A stretch of DNA of 51,341 nt from Clostridia bacterium (GCA_045602065.1 JAZSAX010000094.1:1-51341), one strand, 5' to 3'; numbered from the stretch's first letter, positions 1 through 8,413 are shown. Made by a program: numbers and translations. Notes: generated by a model not told the origin, from the letters alone.

Positions 1-1
1 T

Positions 2-310
2 GCTTTGCGAATTGTGAACGGTCTGTGGACACTCGATTATGTTGCAAATAATTCTTCGAGTGCAGGCAATTACAGAAATGCACCTGGAGCTACTCATTCT
101 ATGGAAAGAACGGGAGCAAGAAAGTGTGGTGGATTCTGTGACGGACAGGGTAACAGCTACAAAATTGTAACCCGCGAAGGCGGTTATGCGCTTGTGGGCG
201 GTGGTTACGTTGATAATGGGAGCAATTATCCTGTGGCGGATGTCAGTTACGACAACTATCCGGACTATATTCGGGACGACAGCTCTGGTGTTTTGGTGCT
301 TACAAAGTAG
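2..310 (+). CDS. Partial CDS (3' end only; the ORF is open to the left window edge). Unidentified protein with atypically high GC.
   Basis: Frame 2 is open from nt 2 to TAG at 308-310. Hand counts give about 44% GC (nt 1-100) and 52% (nt 101-200), versus about 31% in a housekeeping block (29461-29560). It uses CGC, GCG, GGC, CTG and CGG codons that native genes here avoid. The G/N/D/Y-rich C-terminus only loosely resembles FGE-sulfatase-type C-termini and is not assignable. Confidence 0.5.
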   Translation, partial: ALRIVNGLWTLDYVANNSSSAGNYRNAPGATHSMERTGARKCGGFCDGQGNSYKIVTREGGYALVGGGYVDNGSNYPVADVSYDNYPDYIRDDSSGVLVLTK

Positions 311-334
311 CGCTGACCACTGAACACACAACAT

Positions 335-380
335 AAAAGAAAGTACAAATTTGAAATTTCAAGTTTGTGCTTTCTTTTTT
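335..380 (+). terminator. Long hairpin plus T-tract terminator after the GC-rich partial gene
   Basis: AAAAGAAAGTACAAATTTGAAA pairs with TTTCAAGTTTGTGCTTTCTTTT (G-U pairs allowed). A T-run follows. Confidence 0.6.
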
Positions 381-384
381 GCTT

Positions 385-410
385 TGTCGAAAACTTCCAT
401 CGATTCGACA
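385..410. promoter_or_regulatory. Inverted pair of Spo0A-box heptamers upstream of spoIIAA
   Basis: TGTCGAA (385-391) and its exact reverse complement TTCGACA (404-410) lie about 85-110 nt upstream of the spoIIAA start. TGTCGAA is the established 0A-box consensus. Confidence 0.55.
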
Positions 411-492
411 AAACTTCTATTTTTTTACTCTTGGAAAAATATGGAAGAAGATATATAATTTCATCAATAGTTATAAAAAGAAAGGAGAATAT

Positions 493-807
493 ATGGAAAG
501 TTTCTATAAAAAAGAGGACAAGCAATTAATCTTCAAAATGGATGAAGAAATAGATGAATGTACAGCACAAAAGATAAGGAGGAAATTAGATAATGAAATT
601 GAAAGATACATGCCAAAAGAAATTATATTTGATTTTAACAATGTTTCTTTTATGGATAGTGCAGGAATAGGGTTAATCATAGGAAGGTATAAGTTAGCAA
701 ATATGTTAGGTGGAAAAGTACAAGTTGCAAATATGACAACACCAGTAAGAAAGATATTTGAAATGAGTGGAATGCAAAGAATTATAAAGGAGGTGCAATA
801 TGAATAA
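493..807 (+). CDS. spoIIAA: Anti-sigma-F factor antagonist SpoIIAA (STAS domain)
   Basis: [21 protein letters not shown]...[15 protein letters not shown] is typical STAS/SpoIIAA sequence. RBS AAAGGAG lies 6 nt upstream of ATG 493. The track's upstream extension from 367 lacks an RBS. The gene order spoIIAA-spoIIAB-sigF supports the call. Confidence 0.9.
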   Translation: MESFYKKEDKQLIFKMDEEIDECTAQKIRRKLDNEIERYMPKEIIFDFNNVSFMDSAGIGLIIGRYKLANMLGGKVQVANMTTPVRKIFEMSGMQRIIKEVQYE

Positions 808-1279
808 TACATATGACAATGAAATGAAAATAGAATTTTTAAGCAAATCAAATAATGAAGCATTTGCAAGGATAGCAGTAGCAGCATTTGTAGCACAATT
901 AGACCCAACACTTGAAGAAATAGCAGACCTAAAAACAGCAGTATCAGAAGCAGTAACAAATTCAATAATTCATGGATATGAAGAAAGACAAGGAATAGTC
1001 AAACTAATCTGCAAAATAAGAGAAAAAGAAGTGTTTATAGAAATATCTGATTCAGGAAAAGGAATTGAAAATGTAGAAATGGCAAAACAGCCATTATATA
1101 CAACAAAAGCTAATTTAGAAAGGTCTGGAATGGGATTCACAATAATGGAAAGCTTTATGGATGATGTAGAAGTTGAATCAGTATTAGGCTTAGGAACTAA
1201 AGTTACAATGAGAAGAAAAATAAAAAGCAATTCTCAGAAAGAAGAATTTGCAGTAGCTACAATAAGGGGAGAGGAATAG
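800..1279 (+). CDS. spoIIAB: Anti-sigma-F factor / serine kinase SpoIIAB
   Basis: HATPase-type motifs are present ([31 protein letters not shown]). It overlaps the spoIIAA stop by 8 nt. Confidence 0.93.
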   Translation: MNNTYDNEMKIEFLSKSNNEAFARIAVAAFVAQLDPTLEEIADLKTAVSEAVTNSIIHGYEERQGIVKLICKIREKEVFIEISDSGKGIENVEMAKQPLYTTKANLERSGMGFTIMESFMDDVEVESVLGLGTKVTMRRKIKSNSQKEEFAVATIRGEE

Positions 1280-2007
1280 TGTATGAAAATGATGTGAAAA
1301 TCATCGAACAAGCCCAAGAAGGTAGCAAAGAAGCAATGACAAAATTAATCGAAGACAATAATGGACTTATTTGGAGTATAGTTCGAAGATTTGGTGGAAG
1401 AGGATATGAAATTGAAGATTTATATCAAATTGGAAGTATAGGTTTTATAAAGGCAATACAAAGATTTGACACAAGTTTTGAAGTTCGACTTTCAACATAT
1501 GCAGTACCATACATTTTAGGAGAAATAAAAAGACATATAAGAGACGATGGACCAATAAAAGTAAGTAGAAGTATAAAAGAATTAAACGTAAAAATATTAG
1601 AATTACAAAAACAGTATTTTAACAGATATGGAAAAGAAATAACTTTGGAGGAGATTTCAAAAGAATTAAAAATTTCAAAAGAAGAAATTACAATGGCACT
1701 AGATTCTACAAGACCAGTAGATTCTATTGAAAGTGCCAAATATACAGATAGCAAAACAGATAAAACTATTAGTATATTAGAACAAATTTCAACAGGTAAA
1801 GATGAGCAAACAGAAATTACAAATAGATTAGCAATCAAAAATTTGATTGGTGAGTTAAGTGATAGAGAAAAAGAAATCATAATGCTTAGATATTATAAAC
1901 AAAAAACACAAATGCAGGTTTCTAAAATCTTAGGAATAACTCAAGTTCAGGTATCTAGAATCGAACGAAAGGTACTTGATAATATGAGGAGGAAACTTAG
2001 TGTATGA
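1279..2007 (+). CDS. sigF: Sporulation sigma factor F (sigma-70 family)
   Basis: Sigma-70 region 2, 3 and 4 motifs are present (DLYQIGSIGFIKAIQRFD, YAVPYILGEIKRHIRD, TQMQVSKILGITQVQVSRIERK). The GTG start overlaps the spoIIAB TAG (TAGTG). Its position after spoIIAA/AB supports the call. Confidence 0.9.
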   Translation: MYENDVKIIEQAQEGSKEAMTKLIEDNNGLIWSIVRRFGGRGYEIEDLYQIGSIGFIKAIQRFDTSFEVRLSTYAVPYILGEIKRHIRDDGPIKVSRSIKELNVKILELQKQYFNRYGKEITLEEISKELKISKEEITMALDSTRPVDSIESAKYTDSKTDKTISILEQISTGKDEQTEITNRLAIKNLIGELSDREKEIIMLRYYKQKTQMQVSKILGITQVQVSRIERKVLDNMRRKLSV

Positions 2008-3002
2008 AAAAGATATTAATATATTTTAGTGGCTTTTTATTGGTGTTTTTTATAATACCAGTAATGTGCACAATTACGCCTAACAAAGAACCAGTACAAG
2101 AAACTTTATCTACTGAAGTTTTAAATGAAGATACCGAACATGAAAAATATAAAACAATAAAATTACTACACCAAGAGACATCTCAAATAGAAGAATTAAA
2201 TATTGATGAATATCTATATGGAGTGGTGGCAAGCGAAATGCCTGCAAGTTTTGAATTAGAAGCATTAAAAGCACAATCAGTAGTTGCAAGAACATATACA
2301 ATATATCAAGCAATTCATAATAGTGGGAAACATGAAAATGCAGACATATGTGATGATTTTAACTGTTGTCAAGCATGGATAAGTAAAGATGAGAGATTGG
2401 CAAAATGGGAGCCAGCAGAAGCTGAAAGTAACTGGAACAAAATTGTTCAAGCAGTTGATTCAACAAAAGGAAAAATAGTAACTTATGAAGGACAACCTAT
2501 AAATGCATTTTTTCACGCAAACAGTGGAGGAATTACAGAAAGCTCATTAAATATATGGGGAGGAATAGATTATCCATATTTAAAATCTGTTGAAACTGCT
2601 GGAGAAGAGGGATATACACAATATAGTTCACAAGTTACATTAACTCATCAAGAACTAATTGATAAAATCAGGACAAAATATGAAGATTGTGAAATAGATT
2701 TTACAAAAGAAAATTGTATTCAAATTTTAGAATATACAACAAGTGGAAGAATAAAAGTAATCAAATTTGGAAACAAAGAAATTGCAGGAACAGAGGCAAG
2801 GACATTACTAGGATTAAAATCTACTAATTTCACATTTTCGAATGATGGGCAAAATATTACATTTACAGTAACAGGATATGGTCATGGAGTAGGTATGAGT
2901 CAAACAGGTGCTGATAGCATGGCGAAAGCAGGCTCAAATTATGAGGCTATTGTAAAACATTATTATACAAATGTGGCAATAACTGAAGTAAATTCTCTTT
3001 AA
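2004..3002 (+). CDS. spoIID: SpoIID/LytB-domain protein (stage II sporulation protein D-like)
   Basis: It has an N-terminal TM followed by EYLYGVVASEMPASFELEALKAQSVVARTYT ... NAFFHANSGGITE ... GHGVGMSQTGA, which is characteristic SpoIID amidase-enhancer domain sequence. The start overlaps the sigF stop (ATGA). Confidence 0.85.
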   Translation: MKKILIYFSGFLLVFFIIPVMCTITPNKEPVQETLSTEVLNEDTEHEKYKTIKLLHQETSQIEELNIDEYLYGVVASEMPASFELEALKAQSVVARTYTIYQAIHNSGKHENADICDDFNCCQAWISKDERLAKWEPAEAESNWNKIVQAVDSTKGKIVTYEGQPINAFFHANSGGITESSLNIWGGIDYPYLKSVETAGEEGYTQYSSQVTLTHQELIDKIRTKYEDCEIDFTKENCIQILEYTTSGRIKVIKFGNKEIAGTEARTLLGLKSTNFTFSNDGQNITFTVTGYGHGVGMSQTGADSMAKAGSNYEAIVKHYYTNVAITEVNSL

Positions 3003-3062
3003 ATGAATAATCTTTGAAAAAAAGTAAATACTTGTATTAATAAAATATCAAGGAGGAAATTT

Positions 3063-3863
3063 ATGAAAAGAGGAAAAAGATTTTTAGAAAATGATAATAT
3101 GTTTATATATGTTGGAACAGCTATTTTTATTTTACTAGCTATATCAATAGGTATTATTATGTATATGACAACAAGAACAGGCGTCAGAATAGAAAATGCT
3201 GACAAGTTCAGTAAAGAGACTCAAAACAATACAGAAACTGTAAATACAGAAATGGGCAAAACTATAGAAGAACAACAAAGTTCAACACAAAATGAAGTTC
3301 CAAATGAAGAAGTGCCAGCCAACGAAACTACAGAAACAAATACTGAAGTTGTTGAGGATGTTCAACAACCAGAAACAACTGTCACACCTGATGAACCAGA
3401 TACAGTAACTGACACAAATGCACCAACAGAAAATGAAACAACAGAAATTAAAAAAGAAATAACTTTTGCAAAACCTACAGAAGGAGAGATAATCTGTGAA
3501 TATGCAAAAGATAATTTAATATATTCTGAGACATTAAAAGAATGGATTACACATACTGCTATAGATATAAAAGCAGACAAAACAAGTGTAATAAAATCAG
3601 CTGCAGATGGAGTCATAAAATCAATTGTAAATGACCCAAGATATGGTTTAACTGTTGTAATAACACATGAAGGTGGATACGAAACAGTATATTCAAATTT
3701 ATTAACAGCAGAATTTGTTGTTGAAGGAGAAGAAATTACACAAGGACAAACTATAGGAACTGTTGGAAATACAGCTGCATTTGAAAGCGAAATGGAATGT
3801 CATCTTCATTTTGAATTATTAAAAGATGGAGAATATTTAGATCCAAGTATTCATTTAAAATAG
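3063..3863 (+). CDS. Membrane-anchored M23/LytM peptidase, SpoIIQ-like
   Basis: It has an N-terminal TM, a T/E/N/P-rich linker and a C-terminal LytM domain. The HxxxD motif (HTAID) and HxH motif (HLHFE) are both intact. It lies next to spoIID, as I recall for spoIIQ in Clostridioides. The SpoIIQ identity is an inference. Confidence 0.7.
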   Translation: MKRGKRFLENDNMFIYVGTAIFILLAISIGIIMYMTTRTGVRIENADKFSKETQNNTETVNTEMGKTIEEQQSSTQNEVPNEEVPANETTETNTEVVEDVQQPETTVTPDEPDTVTDTNAPTENETTEIKKEITFAKPTEGEIICEYAKDNLIYSETLKEWITHTAIDIKADKTSVIKSAADGVIKSIVNDPRYGLTVVITHEGGYETVYSNLLTAEFVVEGEEITQGQTIGTVGNTAAFESEMECHLHFELLKDGEYLDPSIHLK

Positions 3864-3956
3864 TTTAATAAAACAAGCCTCAATATATAATGTAGGCTTG
3901 TTTTTCGTTTTTCTAAGAAAAAACGACTTGTTGAAAATTGTAATATATGATAAAAT

Positions 3957-4008
3957 GCCCAAAAAGGACTGTCCCAAAATTCACGAAAAAAAGGACCGTC
4001 CCCAAATT
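3957..4008 (+). repeat. Two tandem direct copies of the A-tract + GGAC(N)GTCCC(C) + AAATT repeat unit (dispersed family, copy A)
   Basis: The sequence is GCCCAAAAAAGGACTGTCCCAAAATT followed by CACGAAAAAAAGGACCGTCCCCAAATT. It matches the reverse complement of 32589-32643 nearly base for base. It sits between a TGaTAAAAT -10 element and the dxs RBS. Confidence 0.8.
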
Positions 4009-4022
4009 AGTAGGAGAAAAAA

Positions 4023-5846
4023 ATGTTAGAACAAATAAACTCACCAGAAGATGTAAAAAAATTAACACTAAAACAAAAGAAACAATTAGCTGAAGAAATA
4101 AGAAAATATATATTAGAAGTTGTATCAGAAAATGGAGGGCATTTAGCATCAAATTTAGGAGTAGTAGAATTAACAATAGCACTACACTCTATATTTAGTG
4201 TGCCAGAAGACAAGATTATTTGGGATGTAGGACATCAAAGCTATGTACATAAAATAATAACAGGCAGAAGAGAACAACTAAAAGATATAAGAAAAATGAA
4301 TGGTATAGCAGGATTTCCTAAAACAAAAGAAAGCGAAGCAGATTGTTTTAATACAGGGCATAGTAGTACATCGATTTCAGCAGCGCTTGGAATGGCAAGA
4401 GCAAGGGATTTGCAAGGAAAAGATAATAATGTTATTGCAGTAATTGGAGATGGCGCTTTAACAGGTGGAATGGCTTTAGAAGCTTTAAATGATGCAGGAT
4501 TTAGTAAATCAAAAATGACTGTAATATTAAATGATAATGAAATGAGCATTTCTCAAAATGTAGGGGGATTGAATCAATTTCTAGGAAAATTAAGAACTAA
4601 GAAATTATATACTAGAACTAATAATCTTATTAAAAAGCACATATCAGCAATACCTCTTATAGGTAAGCCAACTGTTAAAATAATTCAAAAAATAAAAAGA
4701 GCAATAAAACAATTAGTGATACAAAGAATGTTTTTTGAAGATATAGGATTTACATATTTTGGGCCTGTTGATGGACACAACATTGAAAAACTTGAAAGTG
4801 TATTAACAATGAGTAAACAAATAAATGGACCTGTATTGATTCATGTATTAACAACAAAGGGGAAAGGTTATGAAATCGCAGAAAAAAATCCGGATAAATT
4901 TCATGCAATATCTCCATTTAACGCCGATACAGGAGAATTAAAAAAAGCCAAAAGCAAAGATTATTCTAAAGTATTTGGAGATAAATTAGTAGAATTAGCA
5001 AAATCAAATGAAAAAATTGTAGCAGTAACAGCATCAATGAAAGATGGCACAGGGCTAACCAAGTTTAGTCAGGAATTTCCATACAGAACTTTTGATATAG
5101 GGATAGCAGAACAACATGCAATTACAATGGCAGCAGGAATGGCTAAAGAAGGAATGATTCCAGTTGTACCAATATATTCATCATTTTACCAAAGAGCTTA
5201 TGATCAAGTGATACATGATGTTGCAATTCAAAACTTGCCTGTAATTATGTGTGTGGATAGAGCTGGAATTGTAGGCGCTGATGGTGAAACGCATCAAGGA
5301 TTATTTGATATGGCGTTTTTTAGATTAGTTCCAAACTTAACAATAATGGCACCAAAAGATTTTAAAGAATTAGAAGATATGTTGGAATTTGCGGTACAAC
5401 TTAAAAAGCCAGTAGTAATAAGATATCCAAGAGGTGGAGAAGATTCAGATATAAAATTTGAAAAACACAAAGAAATACAAGAAGGAAAAGTAGAAGTCAT
5501 ACAAAATGGCGAAGATATAACTATAATTGCAATTGGAAAAATGGTTGCAAAAGCTATGAAAATGGCGCAAAAACTAAAAAGTGAAGAACAAAAAAGTGTA
5601 GAAGTTATTAATGCTAGATTTTTAAAACCATTAGATCAAGAAACAATAAAAGCAAGTATAGAAAAAACAAAAAACGTTATTACAATAGAAGATGGAACTA
5701 AAATAAATGGTCTTGCTACAGCTGTAAAAGAATTGATTATAGATAATAATCTGCAAGATATAAAAATAAAAACTTATACATATCCAGATGAGTTTATAGA
5801 GCATGGCAGTGTAGATCAATTAGAAAAACGTGTTTTTGACAATTAA
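4023..5846 (+). CDS. dxs: 1-deoxy-D-xylulose-5-phosphate synthase
   Basis: The sequence is full-length DXS: GGHLASNLGVVELTIALH, WDVGHQSYVHKIITGR, the TPP motif GDGALTGGMALEALN, and IAEQHAITMAAGMA. Confidence 0.95.
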   Translation: MLEQINSPEDVKKLTLKQKKQLAEEIRKYILEVVSENGGHLASNLGVVELTIALHSIFSVPEDKIIWDVGHQSYVHKIITGRREQLKDIRKMNGIAGFPKTKESEADCFNTGHSSTSISAALGMARARDLQGKDNNVIAVIGDGALTGGMALEALNDAGFSKSKMTVILNDNEMSISQNVGGLNQFLGKLRTKKLYTRTNNLIKKHISAIPLIGKPTVKIIQKIKRAIKQLVIQRMFFEDIGFTYFGPVDGHNIEKLESVLTMSKQINGPVLIHVLTTKGKGYEIAEKNPDKFHAISPFNADTGELKKAKSKDYSKVFGDKLVELAKSNEKIVAVTASMKDGTGLTKFSQEFPYRTFDIGIAEQHAITMAAGMAKEGMIPVVPIYSSFYQRAYDQVIHDVAIQNLPVIMCVDRAGIVGADGETHQGLFDMAFFRLVPNLTIMAPKDFKELEDMLEFAVQLKKPVVIRYPRGGEDSDIKFEKHKEIQEGKVEVIQNGEDITIIAIGKMVAKAMKMAQKLKSEEQKSVEVINARFLKPLDQETIKASIEKTKNVITIEDGTKINGLATAVKELIIDNNLQDIKIKTYTYPDEFIEHGSVDQLEKRVFDN

Positions 5847-5926
5847 CATAAAATATGGTAAAATATAGATAGTTGTATAAAAATACACTATTCGCGCAAT
5901 TCAAAAAAACAAAAAGGAGAAACAAA

Positions 5927-6340
5927 ATGAAAACACAAGAATATGGCGAAATTATGGTATTATTCCCAGGGGAAAAAATTTCTGATGGAATAGTGCTTCG
6001 GCAAGGAAAAGAAAAATCTGTAGTGTTAGAACAACACTATGGTGAAAAAAACGTAGATGTTTTGCACTTGTTCGAATTTTGTAATCTTCACAACAAAGAA
6101 GATTTTGTAGATTGCATAAGAATTGCAAGACAATATGAAGGAAACCTAGACATTCCAATTTACATTTCTGCAGAAAAAAGAGTAAGTGTACCTGCAGAAG
6201 TAGGAAAAGTCAAGTCTCACAAAGATCCAAAAGCTGAGTGTATGAAATGCATGCTAGACTGGAACCTTCGACATCCATGGAGTATGAGCACTCCTATAGA
6301 AAAATGTGAAAAATGCCTGAAGCATAAAACAAGTGAATAA
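5927..6340 (+). CDS. Hypothetical 137-aa protein with a C-terminal CxxC...CxxC zinc-ribbon-like motif
   Basis: RBS AAAAGGAG lies 7 nt upstream of ATG 5927. It has its own extended -10 (TGGTAAAAT, about 5857) and its own hairpin terminator (6345-6374). The motifs are CMKC ... CEKC. Usage of C/G-ending codons is higher than in the flanking genes. I recognise no family. Confidence 0.7.
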   Translation: MKTQEYGEIMVLFPGEKISDGIVLRQGKEKSVVLEQHYGEKNVDVLHLFEFCNLHNKEDFVDCIRIARQYEGNLDIPIYISAEKRVSVPAEVGKVKSHKDPKAECMKCMLDWNLRHPWSMSTPIEKCEKCLKHKTSE

Positions 6341-6374
6341 TACGAAAGGGATTTGCTAATGCAAATCCCTTTTC

Positions 6375-6403
6375 TTGACTTTTCTTCCAAAATATGTTAT
6401 AAT
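6375..6403 (+). promoter_or_regulatory. Sigma-A-type promoter of the RNase J gene
   Basis: TTGACT (6375-6380), a 17-nt spacer and TATAAT (6398-6403). This leaves a leader of about 215 nt before ATG 6626. Confidence 0.6.
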
Positions 6404-6625
6404 TTAAAACAGAGTGCCAACAGGGCCAAAAAAGAGATTTTATTTTAATGTATTAAAGAGATAAAAAAAGCGAATAATTAAGAGAACGGAAAAAACAGAA
6501 TATAGAAAAAGTTTATAATCATGAAAGAGCGGTAGTTCATGAAAACATAAACTTTCTTTGTTCTATTTTTAAAATGCACGTAAAATGAAATTTAAAAGAG
6601 AAAAGAGAGGAGAAAAAATTAAATT

Positions 6626-8413
6626 ATGACAGAGGAAAAGAATGTTCCTATAGAGACAACAGGAACAAACACAGAAAAAAAACAAAACACACGTAAAAAA
6701 CAAACACCAAGAGGAAAAAGAACAAGAAGTTCACAAAATCAAGAAATATTTAAAAAATCAAATATTAAGATAATTCCATTAGGTGGATTACATGAAGTTG
6801 GTAAAAATATAACAGTATTTGAATATGAAGATGAAATTATAGTAGTAGACTGTGGAATTTCATTTCCAGAAGATGATATGTTAGGTATAGATTTAGTAAT
6901 ACCTGATGTAACATATCTATTAAAAAATCAAGAAAAGATTAAAGGAATGATAATAACACATGGTCACGAAGACCATATAGGAGGAATTCCATATTTCCTA
7001 AAACAAATAAATGTGCCAATATATGCAACAAGACTTGCAGCAGGTTTAATAAGTAATAAACTTGAAGAACACAAATTATTAAGAAGTACAGAAATGCATA
7101 TAGTAACACAAGGACAAACAATAAAATTAGGAAATAACTTCAAAATTGAATTTATAAGAAGTTCACATAGTATACCAGATTCAGTAATGTTAGCAATTAC
7201 AACACCAACAGGAACTATATTACACACAGGGGACTTCAAAGTCGATTATACTCCAATAGATGGACAAATTATGGATTTAGGAAGAATTGCAGAAATTGGG
7301 CAAAAAGGAATACTAGCATTAATGTCAGATAGTACAAACGCTGAAAGAAAAGGATTTACAATGTCTGAAAGATCAGTTGGAGATGTATTTGATAAATTAT
7401 TCTTAAACTGTACAAAAAGAATTGTAGTAGCAACATTTGCATCAAATGTACACAGAATCCAACAAATTGTGAATTCAGCAGTTAAATATGGCAGAAAAAT
7501 AGCTGTATGTGGAAGAAGTATGATAAACATTATATCAACATCAATAGAATTAGGATATATCAAATGTCCAGAAAATTTATTTATTGATATAGATATGATA
7601 GGAAGTTATACAGATGACCAGCTTGTAATAATAACAACAGGAAGCCAAGGAGAACCAATGTCAGCATTAACAAGAATGGCTGCAGGTGACCACAGAAAAG
7701 TGAAAATAACGCCAAATGATTTAATAATAATATCAGCAACACCAATTCCAGGAAACGAAAAATATGTTTCAAAAGTAATTGATGATTTAATGCAATTAGG
7801 TGCAGAAGTTGTATATAGCGCATTAGCAGATATACATGTATCTGGACATGCTTGCCAAGAAGAACAAAAATTGATAATGGCATTAGCAAAACCTAAATAT
7901 TTTATACCAGTTCATGGTGAATATAGACAATTAAGAGCACATGCTGAAACAGCGCAACTTATGGGGATTGACAAAGATGACATATTCATGTTGACAAATG
8001 GTAGAGTATTAGAAATGAATGAAAATGAAGCAAAATTCAATGGTTCAGTACCAAGTGGAAGAATATTAGTAGATGGTTTAGGTGTTGGAGATGTTGGAAA
8101 TATTGTTTTAAGAGACAGACAACATTTAGCACAAGATGGATTAATAGTAATTGTATTGACAATGGATTCATCAACAGGTGAAGTAGTTGCAGGCCCTGAT
8201 GTAATATCAAGAGGATTTGTTTATGTAAGAGAATCTGAAAATTTAATGGATGATGTAAAAAGTGTGGTAAAACACGAAATTTCAAAATGTGAACAAAGAG
8301 GAATTCGTGATTGGTCAACTATAAAATCAACAGTAAAAGAAAATTTACGTGATTATATATTTATAAAAACAAAGAGAAATCCAATGATAATTCCAATAAT
8401 AATGGAAGTTTAA
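6626..8413 (+). CDS. rnj: Ribonuclease J (beta-CASP metallo-beta-lactamase) with a basic N-terminal extension
   Basis: KIIPLGGLHEVGKNITVFEY and the HxHxDH motif ITHGHEDHIGG are present, with a beta-CASP and C-terminal domain across the full length. The first 45 or so aa are K/R/T-rich and precede the canonical start of the fold. Confidence 0.93.
   Translation: MTEEKNVPIETTGTNTEKKQNTRKKQTPRGKRTRSSQNQEIFKKSNIKIIPLGGLHEVGKNITVFEYEDEIIVVDCGISFPEDDMLGIDLVIPDVTYLLKNQEKIKGMIITHGHEDHIGGIPYFLKQINVPIYATRLAAGLISNKLEEHKLLRSTEMHIVTQGQTIKLGNNFKIEFIRSSHSIPDSVMLAITTPTGTILHTGDFKVDYTPIDGQIMDLGRIAEIGQKGILALMSDSTNAERKGFTMSERSVGDVFDKLFLNCTKRIVVATFASNVHRIQQIVNSAVKYGRKIAVCGRSMINIISTSIELGYIKCPENLFIDIDMIGSYTDDQLVIITTGSQGEPMSALTRMAAGDHRKVKITPNDLIIISATPIPGNEKYVSKVIDDLMQLGAEVVYSALADIHVSGHACQEEQKLIMALAKPKYFIPVHGEYRQLRAHAETAQLMGIDKDDIFMLTNGRVLEMNENEAKFNGSVPSGRILVDGLGVGDVGNIVLRDRQHLAQDGLIVIVLTMDSSTGEVVAGPDVISRGFVYVRESENLMDDVKSVVKHEISKCEQRGIRDWSTIKSTVKENLRDYIFIKTKRNPMIIPIIMEV

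Noticed and set aside
1425-1880. Numerous 60-180-aa ORFs antisense to clear genes, for example 1425-1880, 7246-7563, 9040-9423, 21955-22452, 24550-24873, 26382-26723 and 46993-47544.
   Set aside because: Each lies fully inside a well-supported gene on the opposite strand. They have low-complexity or hydrophobic artefactual translations and lack RBSs.
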